DNA of 63,125 nt, filler included, from Stramenopiles sp. TOSAG23-3 (taxonomy: Eukaryota), in the NCBI GenBank assembly GCA_900128585.1. It is 6 parts of 6 records of this genome, joined end to end, with 100 filler letters (N's around TTAATTAATTAA, not from the genome) between each part and the next. Parts side by side here need not be neighbours in the genome. Positions count along the whole stretch, not along the records: positions 1 to 27,152 come from LT642264.1; 5 more parts are not named here. One strand, written 5' to 3'. Position numbers and translations under genes: made by a program. Positions 10,518-20,888 of this stretch are shown piece after piece; position 1 is the stretch's first letter; the number at the start of each line of letters is the position of its first letter. Below the pieces are notes generated by a model, which saw nothing but the letters and a program-made list of their open reading frames with translations, ran no database searches and was not told where the DNA came from.

Positions 10518-11876
10518 TCACCCTGCTTTAATAATATTGTCAACAATAAGAATAGCACGCTCGCGCATAAATGTCCTGTGCACGTTTGCCAAAAGGTATA
10601 ATTGAATTTGAATTTGTTAGAGAGTGAATTCCACGCATTTAAAACTCGAGGAGAAATGAGAGAAAATGTTTTCTCCTGAGACTAAAACTTACCATCCGAC
10701 AATGTGTTCGCGAATCCAACCTTCTCTCTTCGTTTCAGTGCCAAACTTTTCGTAGCATACTTCCGGAACGCCAGATAGATCGTTATCAATGTAAAATTCA
10801 GGTCTGGAAGATCCTACTTCATACAATCCAATATTATCTCCATTCGCCAACGTAATGCTTGCGTTTTCTTGATTGTACACCAAGTCTTCCACCGAGCAAG
10901 ACACCGGCAAACTTTCCCCTACAACGAAATCCTGTGATAATGTCAAACTGGGCAGTTTCGCTGCGTCACGCTCAAAGCCGATCAACGGAATAATGACATC
11001 AAAGTCATCTTCATTAAAGTCGTCGATAAAATAGGAGTTTTGTTCTAGCACTTTTTTCCCTTCACCAAGAGCAAATGCAGCGGCTATGCCTTTCAATCCA
11101 GTGCTATTGTATTTGTACGCGTTGTTTTTCCACTCAGCATACCGCACTTCCCTCCGCTTGAATATTGACACAGACTCCTCCGCTTTGCGATTTCCTAAAA
11201 TACTGAATATGTTCCGAAGGGCTAATACTGAAGAATGAGAATTACCAAGAATGGCAATTTTTTTGTTCCACTGATTTGCAAAATGCAGAGCAAGCTTTGG
11301 CCGTGACAGAGCTATTGTAGGATCAATAACCTTGTTATTACATATGCCTTTGAATGCCTTTGGTGAGGGAGTCCCTGTTGCAAAAACCAAAGCATCCATT
11401 TCTATATTTTCCCCGTCTAATTTCCATTTTCCATTACTCAACTGAAGTACCTGCTTCACTTCCTGTGGCACTTTGATAATTTTCTCTTCCTCCTCCAGAG
11501 CGTTTGATAATGTAAAGAACAAATGGTTCATGTCTTTCATTCTGGGGAAACCGTAAGAAGATGGGTCAATTGACTGCAGTTCGTCCGCAGCGTCAATTGT
11601 AATAGCGTTGCTCCGAACGGTTTTGACGGCGGTCTTCACCTGGGAGTGGGTGCGCTTAAATCTTCCGATAGGATTCTTGGAGAAGAATTGCACGTTACAA
11701 TCAAGGTGGTCTAATTTGGTATTTGAAGGTATACTTGGATAGAATTTCAATGTTCCCCCTTGAAAGTTACCGTCATCGAACCAAAGGACCTTGGAAACAG
11801 CGCCTTGCAAGCAAGCCTGTGCTGAAGTTAAAATACCCGCCGGGCCGCCTCCAACAACTCCAATTATTTTTTTCAT
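10518..11876 (-). CDS. FAD-dependent pyridine nucleotide-disulfide oxidoreductase-like protein, 2 exons (11876-10693, 10575-10518)
   Basis: N-terminal GVVGGGPAG FAD motif, ATG motif, second Rossmann-like IAILGNSHSS. Intron 10692-10576 (GTAAGT...CTAAC...CAG) gives the in-frame C-terminus EHIVGWTFMRERAILIVDNIIKAG*. Confidence 0.8.
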
Positions 11877-12703
11877 TCTCTGAAAAGGTGGGCATTTCGT
11901 TTCCTCTGTGTTTTTTGTAGCATTAAAAGGTACGTGCGATAAAATGTTCTTAATTTCTTACAGTATGTCTCAATCGCAAAAATATTGCCTGAAATTTTTT
12001 GTGGAAGAAATTATTATTTTATAATAATAATAATATATTAAAAAAAAAAATATAATAATAATATATTTTTTTATTATAATACTACAGAGTGTATTATTAT
12101 TATTATTATTATTATTATCAATCTCATATTATTATTATTATTATTTATTATTTATAAAATATATATTTTATTATTAAGAAGACTTAATCAAAAAAATTAA
12201 GATTACACAACAACATCATCATATCATATAGAATATTACAGTAAAAAAAAACCAAAATAATGTATGTTTTAAGACTCTCATTTTAAATCAAATACTAACT
12301 TCAAATCCAACCCTAATCCTATATTACAGTAATATATATAATAATTTTAAGAAAAAAAGTTCTGTTCTTCTTTCTTTAGACTAAAAAAGTTTCGAAAAGT
12401 TTCGCTGATCGAACAGAACGCCCAAATCCACTACCTCTCAAAGGTCTGGGGGCTCTTTGATGGTCGACAGGTTAATCGAAGACGGCCAAGGGGACTCCCC
12501 AAAACTGAGAAAAATGCAAGGGAGGCTGAACAAATTGATGAACACCGCTCAGGCGCGTCACCGACAGAAGTTTAAGAAGCGTTCACACCCTCATTGATTT
12601 GATTTTGGCTAGAGTCAATGGCGACTGTTGTTAAATGTTCACAGCAATACGAGTAGACCCCGAGCTTGAAGAAATCCTAGAAGAAAGTCGAAGAGAAGAA
12701 TTT

Positions 12704-12950
12704 AATGATATGATGATGTAATATCTATGTTGAAAGCCTTAATGATATGATCGTGTTATTCGATAATAAATAGAAATGTTGAAGAAAGCCTTGATGATAT
12801 GATAGTACTAATAAGTAGTATGTAAAAATGTTGAAGACCTTGATCATATGATAGTACCAAGTATACTGTATTAATAGTATGTAAAAATGTTGAAGACCTT
12901 GATGATATGATCGTGTTATTATAAAAAATAGAAATGTTGATGAAAAAAGC
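12704..12950. repeat. Degenerate tandem array, core ATGTTGAAGACCTTGATGATATGAT with variable spacers
   Basis: Cores start at 12727, 12776, 12828, 12887 and a partial one at 12934; periods 49/52/59/47 bp. Confidence 0.85.
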
Positions 12951-13185
12951 TCTTCTTCTTTTTTTACTACCAAATTATCGCTAGCTCATCCCCTCTTTTT
13001 CTTCTTCTTCTTCTTCTTCTTCTTCTCGTTGTCGTAGTATCGTATTATATAGTAGACGATGGGCATACTTCAACATTTCATAGGATTAACTTTTGATTAA
13101 AATTAACTGACTAGGTGTAAGAATCTAAAACTGAATAATTTTAAAATAACTAACAAAACATCAAAATTAAAAAAGGATTAAAGCG

Positions 13186-14355
13186 ATGGCAAACTCCTAC
13201 CTTCTCGCTTTTACAGTCGTCGTACTCATCACTTTTAACAGTGGCAGGGCTACGCCTTCGTTTCCAAGACGAAACTTAATTACGGGCAATGCGCCCTATG
13301 TTAAAACCAAAGACCATCCTAATGTTGGGGAACTTAAAATAACTGTTTTAAAACATGGTATGCCATTAACCGCAAACGCAAAATGTACAGGAACGTTGAT
13401 TTCTCCCAGCCTTGTGCTGACCGCAGCACACTGTCTCATCCTTCCAGACGGTTTTACGATAAAGAAAGTTGCGGTTCAGTTTCCCACAATGTCGAAGCCT
13501 GTTAACGTGGAAAAGGTTGAAACACATTACACTTACAAAAAACACGAGAGATTTCCTAGTTATGGAGATATTGCAATTTTACGATTAGAAGAATGTGTAA
13601 CCACAGTTAAACCTGCAAAATTGTTCACTGACCGCGACGTTACTTGCCGACAAGGTAAAGCGGTCGGGTATGGTAGAACAGACACCCTTGGTTTTTTCCA
13701 TGATGATGACGCTGATGTCGATCCCACTACGGATGCAGCAAAGACAACTACATTAAATATTCATAGCCCTGAGGCATGTGAAGAAATAAATTATCACATG
13801 TTTAAAATTGCCTTGAAAGAAAACAGAAAAGGCCTTGAAAAGCATCTTGTCAAATATTATGGTGGAGTGGAGAAAAATTTGCAGACTGCATCGGAAGAGG
13901 AATTGAAACATCTGATTTTTCAACTCGTTGATACGCATCAACTAGACAGCTCCAGTTTTTGCGCCACGCCGACAACCAAAACCTTTCAAACAATGCATAA
14001 AGGCGATAGTGGAGGGCCTTTATTTATCAATGGGAAAATAGCTGGTGTTGTAAATGCTGTTGGTGGTCTAAGATCGATTGCAGTTGGGTTTTTGACCTCT
14101 TACTCATCAGTCCCTCATCACATCCGTTGGATTCAGGCAATGAGTCACCGTCTAAATAAAGGCTACAAGTGCAAAAATAAATCAAAAAGAAGACTACGAG
14201 CTAAAACAACAAGGAGAAAGCTACGAGCTGATCCGTTCTTAAAGGGTACTAACTCGGAGCTTTGGCAAAAAAATGTCCTTAAGCTGTCAAGAAAAAAAGT
14301 GTCAAAATTCATCAAATTTCTGAATAATTATGATCAATGCAGAAAAAAGAATTGA
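13186..14355 (+). CDS. Secreted chymotrypsin-fold (S1) serine protease
   Basis: Signal peptide; catalytic triad motifs LTAAHC, DIAIL and GDSGGP all intact. Confidence 0.92.
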   Translation: MANSYLLAFTVVVLITFNSGRATPSFPRRNLITGNAPYVKTKDHPNVGELKITVLKHGMPLTANAKCTGTLISPSLVLTAAHCLILPDGFTIKKVAVQFPTMSKPVNVEKVETHYTYKKHERFPSYGDIAILRLEECVTTVKPAKLFTDRDVTCRQGKAVGYGRTDTLGFFHDDDADVDPTTDAAKTTTLNIHSPEACEEINYHMFKIALKENRKGLEKHLVKYYGGVEKNLQTASEEELKHLIFQLVDTHQLDSSSFCATPTTKTFQTMHKGDSGGPLFINGKIAGVVNAVGGLRSIAVGFLTSYSSVPHHIRWIQAMSHRLNKGYKCKNKSKRRLRAKTTRRKLRADPFLKGTNSELWQKNVLKLSRKKVSKFIKFLNNYDQCRKKN

Positions 14356-14850
14356 CATTTACATGAATATCTCTCGATAAAAAAATTTAAAAATAATTAA
14401 AAAAAAACAATTATATTATAAAATAATAGTCTCTACCACCAAATAATAAAATAATAATATATCTTAGTCTATATTAAATCATCGTCGTGAAAAATATTAT
14501 TAAAGAACGAGACTAAAGGAATCCTCCTCCTCAGTAGTTCAATATAATACTGTGTACGGTATCTTCACCCAACAAAATGACAAACAAAAAAAAAACAAAA
14601 AAAAAAGTCTGTCTGCCATGAAATTTTTAAAGATGATGATGAGGAGAAGAGATAAAAATAAAAACCTCCGCGTATCTTTTTTTTGCATTTTGTTTTTACC
14701 AAAATGTAGTATCCTATATGTATATCATATCCTATATAGGTTGAAACAATTTATATAGATTGAGAAAGAAAACTCAAAAAAAAATAAATACTCTGTGTTT
14801 CGAATTGAAGAAAGCACACCATTTCCTACCGTTTGAGACTTTTTGATCAG

Positions 14851-15323
14851 CTGCAAAATTCTTTCAAACGGTTAGAGGTCGAGTTGAAAGACAAGGAGTA
14901 TCGAAACCTTGCCAAAAAAAGCTTCCAGTGCGCAACGAAATGCTGTATTAATAGTGAAGCGAATGCGATTGATTCGTGTGTAGGAGAATGTACGCAACCG
15001 CTGATGCAGTATCAGCAATTTGTGCAGCAGCAAGTACAAACGTTTCAAGAAAGGCTTCAACGGTGCCAAAGGGACTGTAACGAGGAAATTGTAAGTAGTT
15101 TAACACCGACGACTCCTCTTTTAATCCTCTTATTCCCTCCTCGACTAACACGTTTTCACAGCAAGACCGAGTACCATATTCTGACGTGTCGAAGTTGTCC
15201 GTAGATGCTCGTGCTCAACTACAGAACGAAATGAATGCCTGCACCAACAGGTGCTTTGAGGCGTTTCGGCAGAAGATACCCGCCCTTCACTCCCGCATAA
15301 AATCGAACATCTCCCAGCTATAA
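14851..15323 (+). CDS. FAM136A-like (DUF842) twin-Cys helical protein, spliced; 5' exon not resolved
   Basis: FQCATKCC...CVGEC..P...FQERLQRCQRDC pattern. Intron 15091-15161 (GTAAGT...CTAAC...CAG) restores QDRVP...MNACTNRC...IPALHSRIKSNISQL*. Probable acceptor at 14849-14850. Confidence 0.8.
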
Positions 15324-15730
15324 CGAAGTAAAATCCAATTATGCATATTATAGTATGTTTTAAGACTACCCCAAAAGAAAAAAAAGAAGGTAAACCATTC
15401 AAGAACCAAAACTCCTCCTTGTCCCAGAATACGTTATATACATTTTGCGAAGAAAGTGTGTGTGTTTTACAAACAAAAATGAATAAAAAATATTCGAAAG
15501 AAGCACGTACGTACGAATCGAAAATATATTTGAGCGAGGTATCATATGATATGTATTTTTGGTAGTAAGAAAAATAAAATTTATTTTTACTCTTACCTTT
15601 AAGCGCTTTAAGCGCAATTTTACAATCCACACTATCAGTTTAATTTTTTGTTTTTGAATTTACCACGTAGCGTTTCTCGTTTTTATGACACATTAAGCAA
15701 CTACTTCGTGAATAAAAGCCTTTGCTCTTT

Positions 15731-18700
15731 TTATTGCTTCCCTTCTTTGATCAGACGCATTGCTTCCTCTGGCGACGTGTTGATCTTGTCAAACCAAAAT
15801 TCCTGAACGTACCATTTTGCCCGATCAAAGTTTCTGCTTTCTTTGACGCATATCTTCTTAATCAGCCTGTCAACATTCGCCTTCGATACTTTCGGGAACA
15901 ATTCAAAAAACGGAGCCAATGCGAGTTGCTTCTTTATACCTTTTCCATGAAAGTGTTCGAGAAATGGGCGTAAGTGTGTGTGTTTGATTTCCTTTTCTTT
16001 CAGCTCGGCAAGCTTGTCGCGCTTCAATTTCTCTTTCGCCAATTTTTTTGCTTCCACTAAACGGGCCCGTTCAGCGGCTTTTTTCAATTTCTCTTCTGTT
16101 TTCCGCTTTTCGGCTTCGGCTCTTTCTTGCTTCAAACGTTCTGCTTTTTCTGCCCGCTCAAGTTTCTTTCGTTCCAGCTCCTCCATTCGCTCTCTTTTTC
16201 TCTTCAACAGTTTCTCGGCCTTCTCTTTTTTCTTCAACGCGTGCTCCGCACTCATTCCAATTTTCTGAAAACCCAGCAAATTTGATGACCCTCTCTGTTG
16301 GGCAGAAAGTTGATTCACAGGGTCTATTGGCCCCGCAACAAGCGCCACAATTTTATACGCAAACAACTGGCTGTCCGACGCGCCGGTGCTGCTTTCATAC
16401 TGGGTTCCAATGACGAGCTCGGAGCCGAATTCGGTAAAATTAGCGAATTTCCGCTTTTTGCTTGTTAACTTTCCGTTCTCAGAATCACCCTGCGCGTCTT
16501 CCGTGGCCTGCTGCTCGTCGTCGGTGGAAGAATCGTCCCCTCGCTTCGCGATCCCGTTCTCGTAGATCACTTCGTCGTCGCCCAGGAGCCAGCCGTCTGC
16601 GTAGTCCATTTCGTTGTCGACTTCATCGGCACCGTCCTCTTCCTCCCCGTCACTCATTTCTAAATCTTCCGCCGGCTGCCCGTCTTCCCACTCCTCGTCG
16701 CTGTCCATCTCATACTGCAACTCCTCCTTGTCGTGGGCAAACGGGTTTCTTTTGGAGATGACCTTTGACGACCTCATCCATGGCCCCCAATACGCGGGTC
16801 GTTGGTTTTCGCTAAATTGGAACAGCCTCCACCGTCGACTGTTCAGTTGGGGGTAGAGATCACCTAACTGTTGACACTTTTGGAGAAACACCCCCGCGTA
16901 GTCGGAGCTGGCTTGCCCCCCCTTTGGCGCTGCTGCCACCGAGAGGGCATGGTCAACATCGCACAGTAAAGATGACTGAAAGGCACTTTGAATGACATCA
17001 TCCAAAACTTCTTTCAGGACTATTCTATCGTTGGCGCTGAGTCCCAACGACACGTTGTCAGTATCCTGCTGAGATTTTACCACGCCCAGCGCTTGAAATT
17101 TTTTCTTCAACTGAGCCTTTTTCTTCTCCAATTCAGCCTTTTTCTCTTCTTCTAATCTAAGCATTTTCTCTTCGGCAAGGCGCGCCTTCTCCTCCCGAGC
17201 TTTTTCCGCGTCCTCTCTTCTCTGCTGTGCCATCAACTCTCTCTCAGCGCGCCTTGCCGCCTTCTCTGTTTCCCGGGCAAGCTTCTTCTCCTTCCGCAGT
17301 CGTTCCGCCTCTTGCCTCTTCGCTGCTTTTGCCTCCATCTCCGCCCGCATCGACGCGTCTTCCAAGCGCATCTTCTCCAGTCGCTCTTCGCGTTTGAAAT
17401 CTTCCGATGCTCTTGCGACCTCGGCGTTAACGACAAGCTCTTCCGCCTTTTTCGCTTTGTCTATCGTCACATACGGGTCGGCCAAAAGAGTAATCAGCTT
17501 TTGGAGCTGCGTCATGACGCGCGAGAGGACACTTAGCTTCTTGCTCAGATCTCGGAACAAGTACTTCTCGCTTTTCATCACTTTCTCTTTGTAAAACAAA
17601 TGCTCCTGCTTCTTGAGAATCCACACCCAGTGCGCGCTTCTCGATTCATCTTCGGCGTGTTCACTTTTCTCGAGCTCTGCGGGTTTGCATCCAATATGTA
17701 CACGGCGAGAGATCCTTTGAACAGTATCACACACGACGCTGCGGGCTCCCTTCGTTTTTTTCATTTTCAAGGCCTTCATAATGCCCTGGACGAGATACGA
17801 CATAGTTGCCCTTGAGCCATGCACGTATTTGGCAAGGGCAGCCTGAAACTCGTCTTTTTGGAGCAACGCTTTAAACGCCGTTCCATCGTCAGAGCTCGGC
17901 TCCAGGGTCGCACCGAACTTCTTGAGAACACGTCGCTTCCGCCACTGTGCCGCGTCGCGTTGGTGTTCCTCCGCGGCGTTTTGTAGGCTTACGAGTTTCT
18001 TCTTGTTCTCCACCAGCTTCTTTTGGATCGTGAGGGCATCTGCTTTGGAGACGGCAGGGGGCTGCTTCCCGGACTGCTTCCCTCCTTTTTTGCAAGGGCT
18101 GTCGTTTGCACTCCCAGCAGCCTCGAATTTTCTGTGCTCTTGAAAGACGTACGTCGAAGCATCCAGGGCCCCTGGCAACCCTTCGAGCAACGCGGTAGTC
18201 TCGGGTTCGCTTATGGCGTAAGCTTTCAGCCCGGACAGCGAACGTTTCGTGGCCAATCCCATCGATAGCATCTTGGAAGCAACGCGGTTGAGCACCAGTT
18301 TCCAAACACTGCCAGGGGACTGGCCACGAAAAATCTCATCGCAGTCCCCCGCTTTGACGGCAAATATTGGCTTTTGGCTTCCTGCCAGCCCAGGCTCCGT
18401 GGTTTGCGTGTACAGCACTTCTTTTGAGGGTTCCTGGAACGATGTAAACGTAATAGTGCTCTTGTATCCCACGGGGAGCAGCTGCCGAGACGTCGCGTAC
18501 AACGGTTGAAGCGACCCAAGGCTGTAAATAACGGTGTCGTTTACCTTGAGCGGGAATGTTGTTTTCTGCAACCGGGCTTTGGCGGCTTCATGGAGGACAG
18601 CCGGGGCGGGGGGTGCGTTCGCTTCCGCTTCGGCCGCAACCCTCTCGCGTTCTGCCTGCTCGTGCGCTACCATTTCATTCACCTTCTTCGTCTCGTCGTC

Positions 18701-19831
18701 GAGAATGGCTTCAATGGCCTTTTGCAACTCCCTTCCCTTCGGGTTTGATTTGCAGAATATCCTCGCACCGGGCACGTAGGTATCCCACTTTTTCGAAAAT
18801 CCGTCGAAGTGGACCAGGTAGGCAGGCTCCGATTCTCCGCCCTTGAAAAATTTTCGATTCCCTATTTTCAGTACACACGCCTCGTAAAGAAGGCCTTGCG
18901 GGGCAATTACACTATCCAGAGGCACCCCGGTCATGTCCCAGCACAGCACTTTATCTCCGATTTCGTGTAGGGTCGGTTCCGATTCAAAAGTGTCTTTCAT
19001 GGATCTCAAAACGACCATATTTGCAAGGTCATCCACGACGTCATTCACCGCAATCAAATCTGCTTCCGCTTGGCGCTTGGCCTCCTCCTTCAACAACCTT
19101 TCGGCCTCCTTAAGAACTTTCTCTTCCTCTCTCCGCCGTTCCAGCTCTCGAGATTTGCGTTCCTTATCCTGGTTTTCCCAAACTTTCAAAGAGCCCGCGA
19201 CCGCATCTCGTTCCTCATCGCTGTCCGCGTCTTCAAGCCCACTCTCTTCTGAAGAGGACGACCAGTCTTCCTCGTCGTCCTCTGAGCTACTTTCATCAGA
19301 TTCTTTACTATCATTGCACTGCTTTGCAGGCCCCTGGGCGCCACCAGCTTTCTCTACCGCATCCTTGTTGCCCTTCGCTGGGCCTAGCAATCCAGCCTCG
19401 ATTAATTTCTCTGGCTTTCCGGACGAGCTGCCCTCAATAGAAGCAGATGCCGCGCTGTCGCCTGACGTCTTCTGCCGCTTTGGGCTGGGCTTGAAAACTT
19501 TGTTCGGGAGTTGCCTCTTCTCGACGGGAGAGGCTTTCTTTTCCGCGGGCTTGCTCGGGGCCGGCTTTGCAACGGCGGTCGTTTTCTTCTTTTTCATGCC
19601 GAAAAAATTTGCCATAAAAGACGCGCTCTTGGACACTTTCTTCTTCTGCCCTTTGGAGGGGGTGTTGGCGGAACCCGCAGGCGACTTGACTATCTTTTTC
19701 TGGGTTTTCGGCGTGACGCCGGAGCTTTCCAAACTTCGGTGACGAACCGCAGCAACGGCCGACTTAGCAGCCTTCTTCCCATTTTGCGGGAAAGGCGACT
19801 GGAATTTTGGATTTCCACCCTGACCAAACAT
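15731..19831 (-). CDS. CHAF1A: Chromatin assembly factor 1 large subunit (p150/Cac1-like) with added Tudor-knot and FYRN/FYRC domains
   Basis: KER coiled coil; QFSENQRPAYWG...RNPFAHD...YEMDSDEEWE acidic CAF1A motif; C-terminal winged-helix-like PKVSKANVDRLIKKICVKE...WYV; PIP-like SFMANFF; chromo-barrel YLVHFDGFSKKWDTYVP; FYR motifs LLPVGYKS, SPGSVW, LLEGLPGA. Confidence 0.85.
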   Translation of the reverse strand: MFGQGGNPKFQSPFPQNGKKAAKSAVAAVRHRSLESSGVTPKTQKKIVKSPAGSANTPSKGQKKKVSKSASFMANFFGMKKKKTTAVAKPAPSKPAEKKASPVEKRQLPNKVFKPSPKRQKTSGDSAASASIEGSSSGKPEKLIEAGLLGPAKGNKDAVEKAGGAQGPAKQCNDSKESDESSSEDDEEDWSSSSEESGLEDADSDEERDAVAGSLKVWENQDKERKSRELERRREEEKVLKEAERLLKEEAKRQAEADLIAVNDVVDDLANMVVLRSMKDTFESEPTLHEIGDKVLCWDMTGVPLDSVIAPQGLLYEACVLKIGNRKFFKGGESEPAYLVHFDGFSKKWDTYVPGARIFCKSNPKGRELQKAIEAILDDETKKVNEMVAHEQAERERVAAEAEANAPPAPAVLHEAAKARLQKTTFPLKVNDTVIYSLGSLQPLYATSRQLLPVGYKSTITFTSFQEPSKEVLYTQTTEPGLAGSQKPIFAVKAGDCDEIFRGQSPGSVWKLVLNRVASKMLSMGLATKRSLSGLKAYAISEPETTALLEGLPGALDASTYVFQEHRKFEAAGSANDSPCKKGGKQSGKQPPAVSKADALTIQKKLVENKKKLVSLQNAAEEHQRDAAQWRKRRVLKKFGATLEPSSDDGTAFKALLQKDEFQAALAKYVHGSRATMSYLVQGIMKALKMKKTKGARSVVCDTVQRISRRVHIGCKPAELEKSEHAEDESRSAHWVWILKKQEHLFYKEKVMKSEKYLFRDLSKKLSVLSRVMTQLQKLITLLADPYVTIDKAKKAEELVVNAEVARASEDFKREERLEKMRLEDASMRAEMEAKAAKRQEAERLRKEKKLARETEKAARRAERELMAQQRREDAEKAREEKARLAEEKMLRLEEEKKAELEKKKAQLKKKFQALGVVKSQQDTDNVSLGLSANDRIVLKEVLDDVIQSAFQSSLLCDVDHALSVAAAPKGGQASSDYAGVFLQKCQQLGDLYPQLNSRRWRLFQFSENQRPAYWGPWMRSSKVISKRNPFAHDKEELQYEMDSDEEWEDGQPAEDLEMSDGEEEDGADEVDNEMDYADGWLLGDDEVIYENGIAKRGDDSSTDDEQQATEDAQGDSENGKLTSKKRKFANFTEFGSELVIGTQYESSTGASDSQLFAYKIVALVAGPIDPVNQLSAQQRGSSNLLGFQKIGMSAEHALKKKEKAEKLLKRKRERMEELERKKLERAEKAERLKQERAEAEKRKTEEKLKKAAERARLVEAKKLAKEKLKRDKLAELKEKEIKHTHLRPFLEHFHGKGIKKQLALAPFFELFPKVSKANVDRLIKKICVKESRNFDRAKWYVQEFWFDKINTSPEEAMRLIKEGKQ

Positions 19832-20888
19832 CTTTAACAGCCCGACTTGCTTTAGAGGGAGAAAGAACGAGAAGCAGTGACTGTAGGATATCTATTTCAA
19901 AATGGTCGTCGTCAGATACCAGAGTGAAGTTGCAAGCGGTTCTTTCGTTCGGGCGTACGATCAATAACTGGAAAAATGCACACCTCGTGGTACTAAAAAG
20001 AAAAGGAAAGAAAGTATAATAAAACTAAATGTCAGTTAAGTTTCGTATTGTTTCATCTAATTGCCTTCTCTCTCTCTCTTTCTTTCTTTCTTTCCTTCTG
20101 TCTTTCCTTCTTTCATTCATTCTATCGTTCTTCATGTTGTGAATTGGATTGGAATTTTATAATTGAATTGCCGTATCTTCTATCTTCTTGGTAACCGGCA
20201 CACACTTCTTTCTATTACTGTATCTCCTTTCCTTCTTCCTTTTTTTTTTTTTTTTTTAATTCTACTTCTTGTTCTTTCTACTCCTTACTACTTCCTTCAC
20301 ACTTTTAACATGTACCACTACAGCAGCTCTTTTGTGGGCGGGCGGGGGCGGGAGGGGCGGGGCTCTTTTCAATAACTAATCACTTGTTGTTTTCTAAATG
20401 ATAAGGATATCTATAAATTATGATATATTTTAACTTATATTAATACTATATTTATTATATATAATTAAGATAACATTATTAGAATCATTTAAACATATAT
20501 ATCTATAACTACTACCCTTAACTTAAGTCTTGAAAAATAGAAATAATTAAAAAAGAAAAATGGCGGGATTTGAGATATTCTTCTTTAATCCCTGCTATTC
20601 TGATACTATTGTTTACATATTTATGAAATATCAAACATATACCTATACATTCTAGACAATAAGTATAAATAGAAGACTAATTATACGTATACGTAAGGGT
20701 ACCTACCTGCATTAAAACTGTACGAAGAAAATTATTATTGGTAGAATCGTATACTCGCATATTTAATTGAGGAATTGAGATGTTATACCCTACTTTTAAC
20801 ATCTTTTATAAAAAATTCTCCTTCTCCTTCTCCTTCTCGTCACCTTCACTTCACTCTCTCCTCATTTCTCCCTTTCTTCCTCCTTGAC

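Noticed and set aside
12704-12950. CRISPR-like repeat/spacer array
   Set aside because: The repeats are degenerate, the spacers resemble each other, there are no cas genes and the context is eukaryotic.
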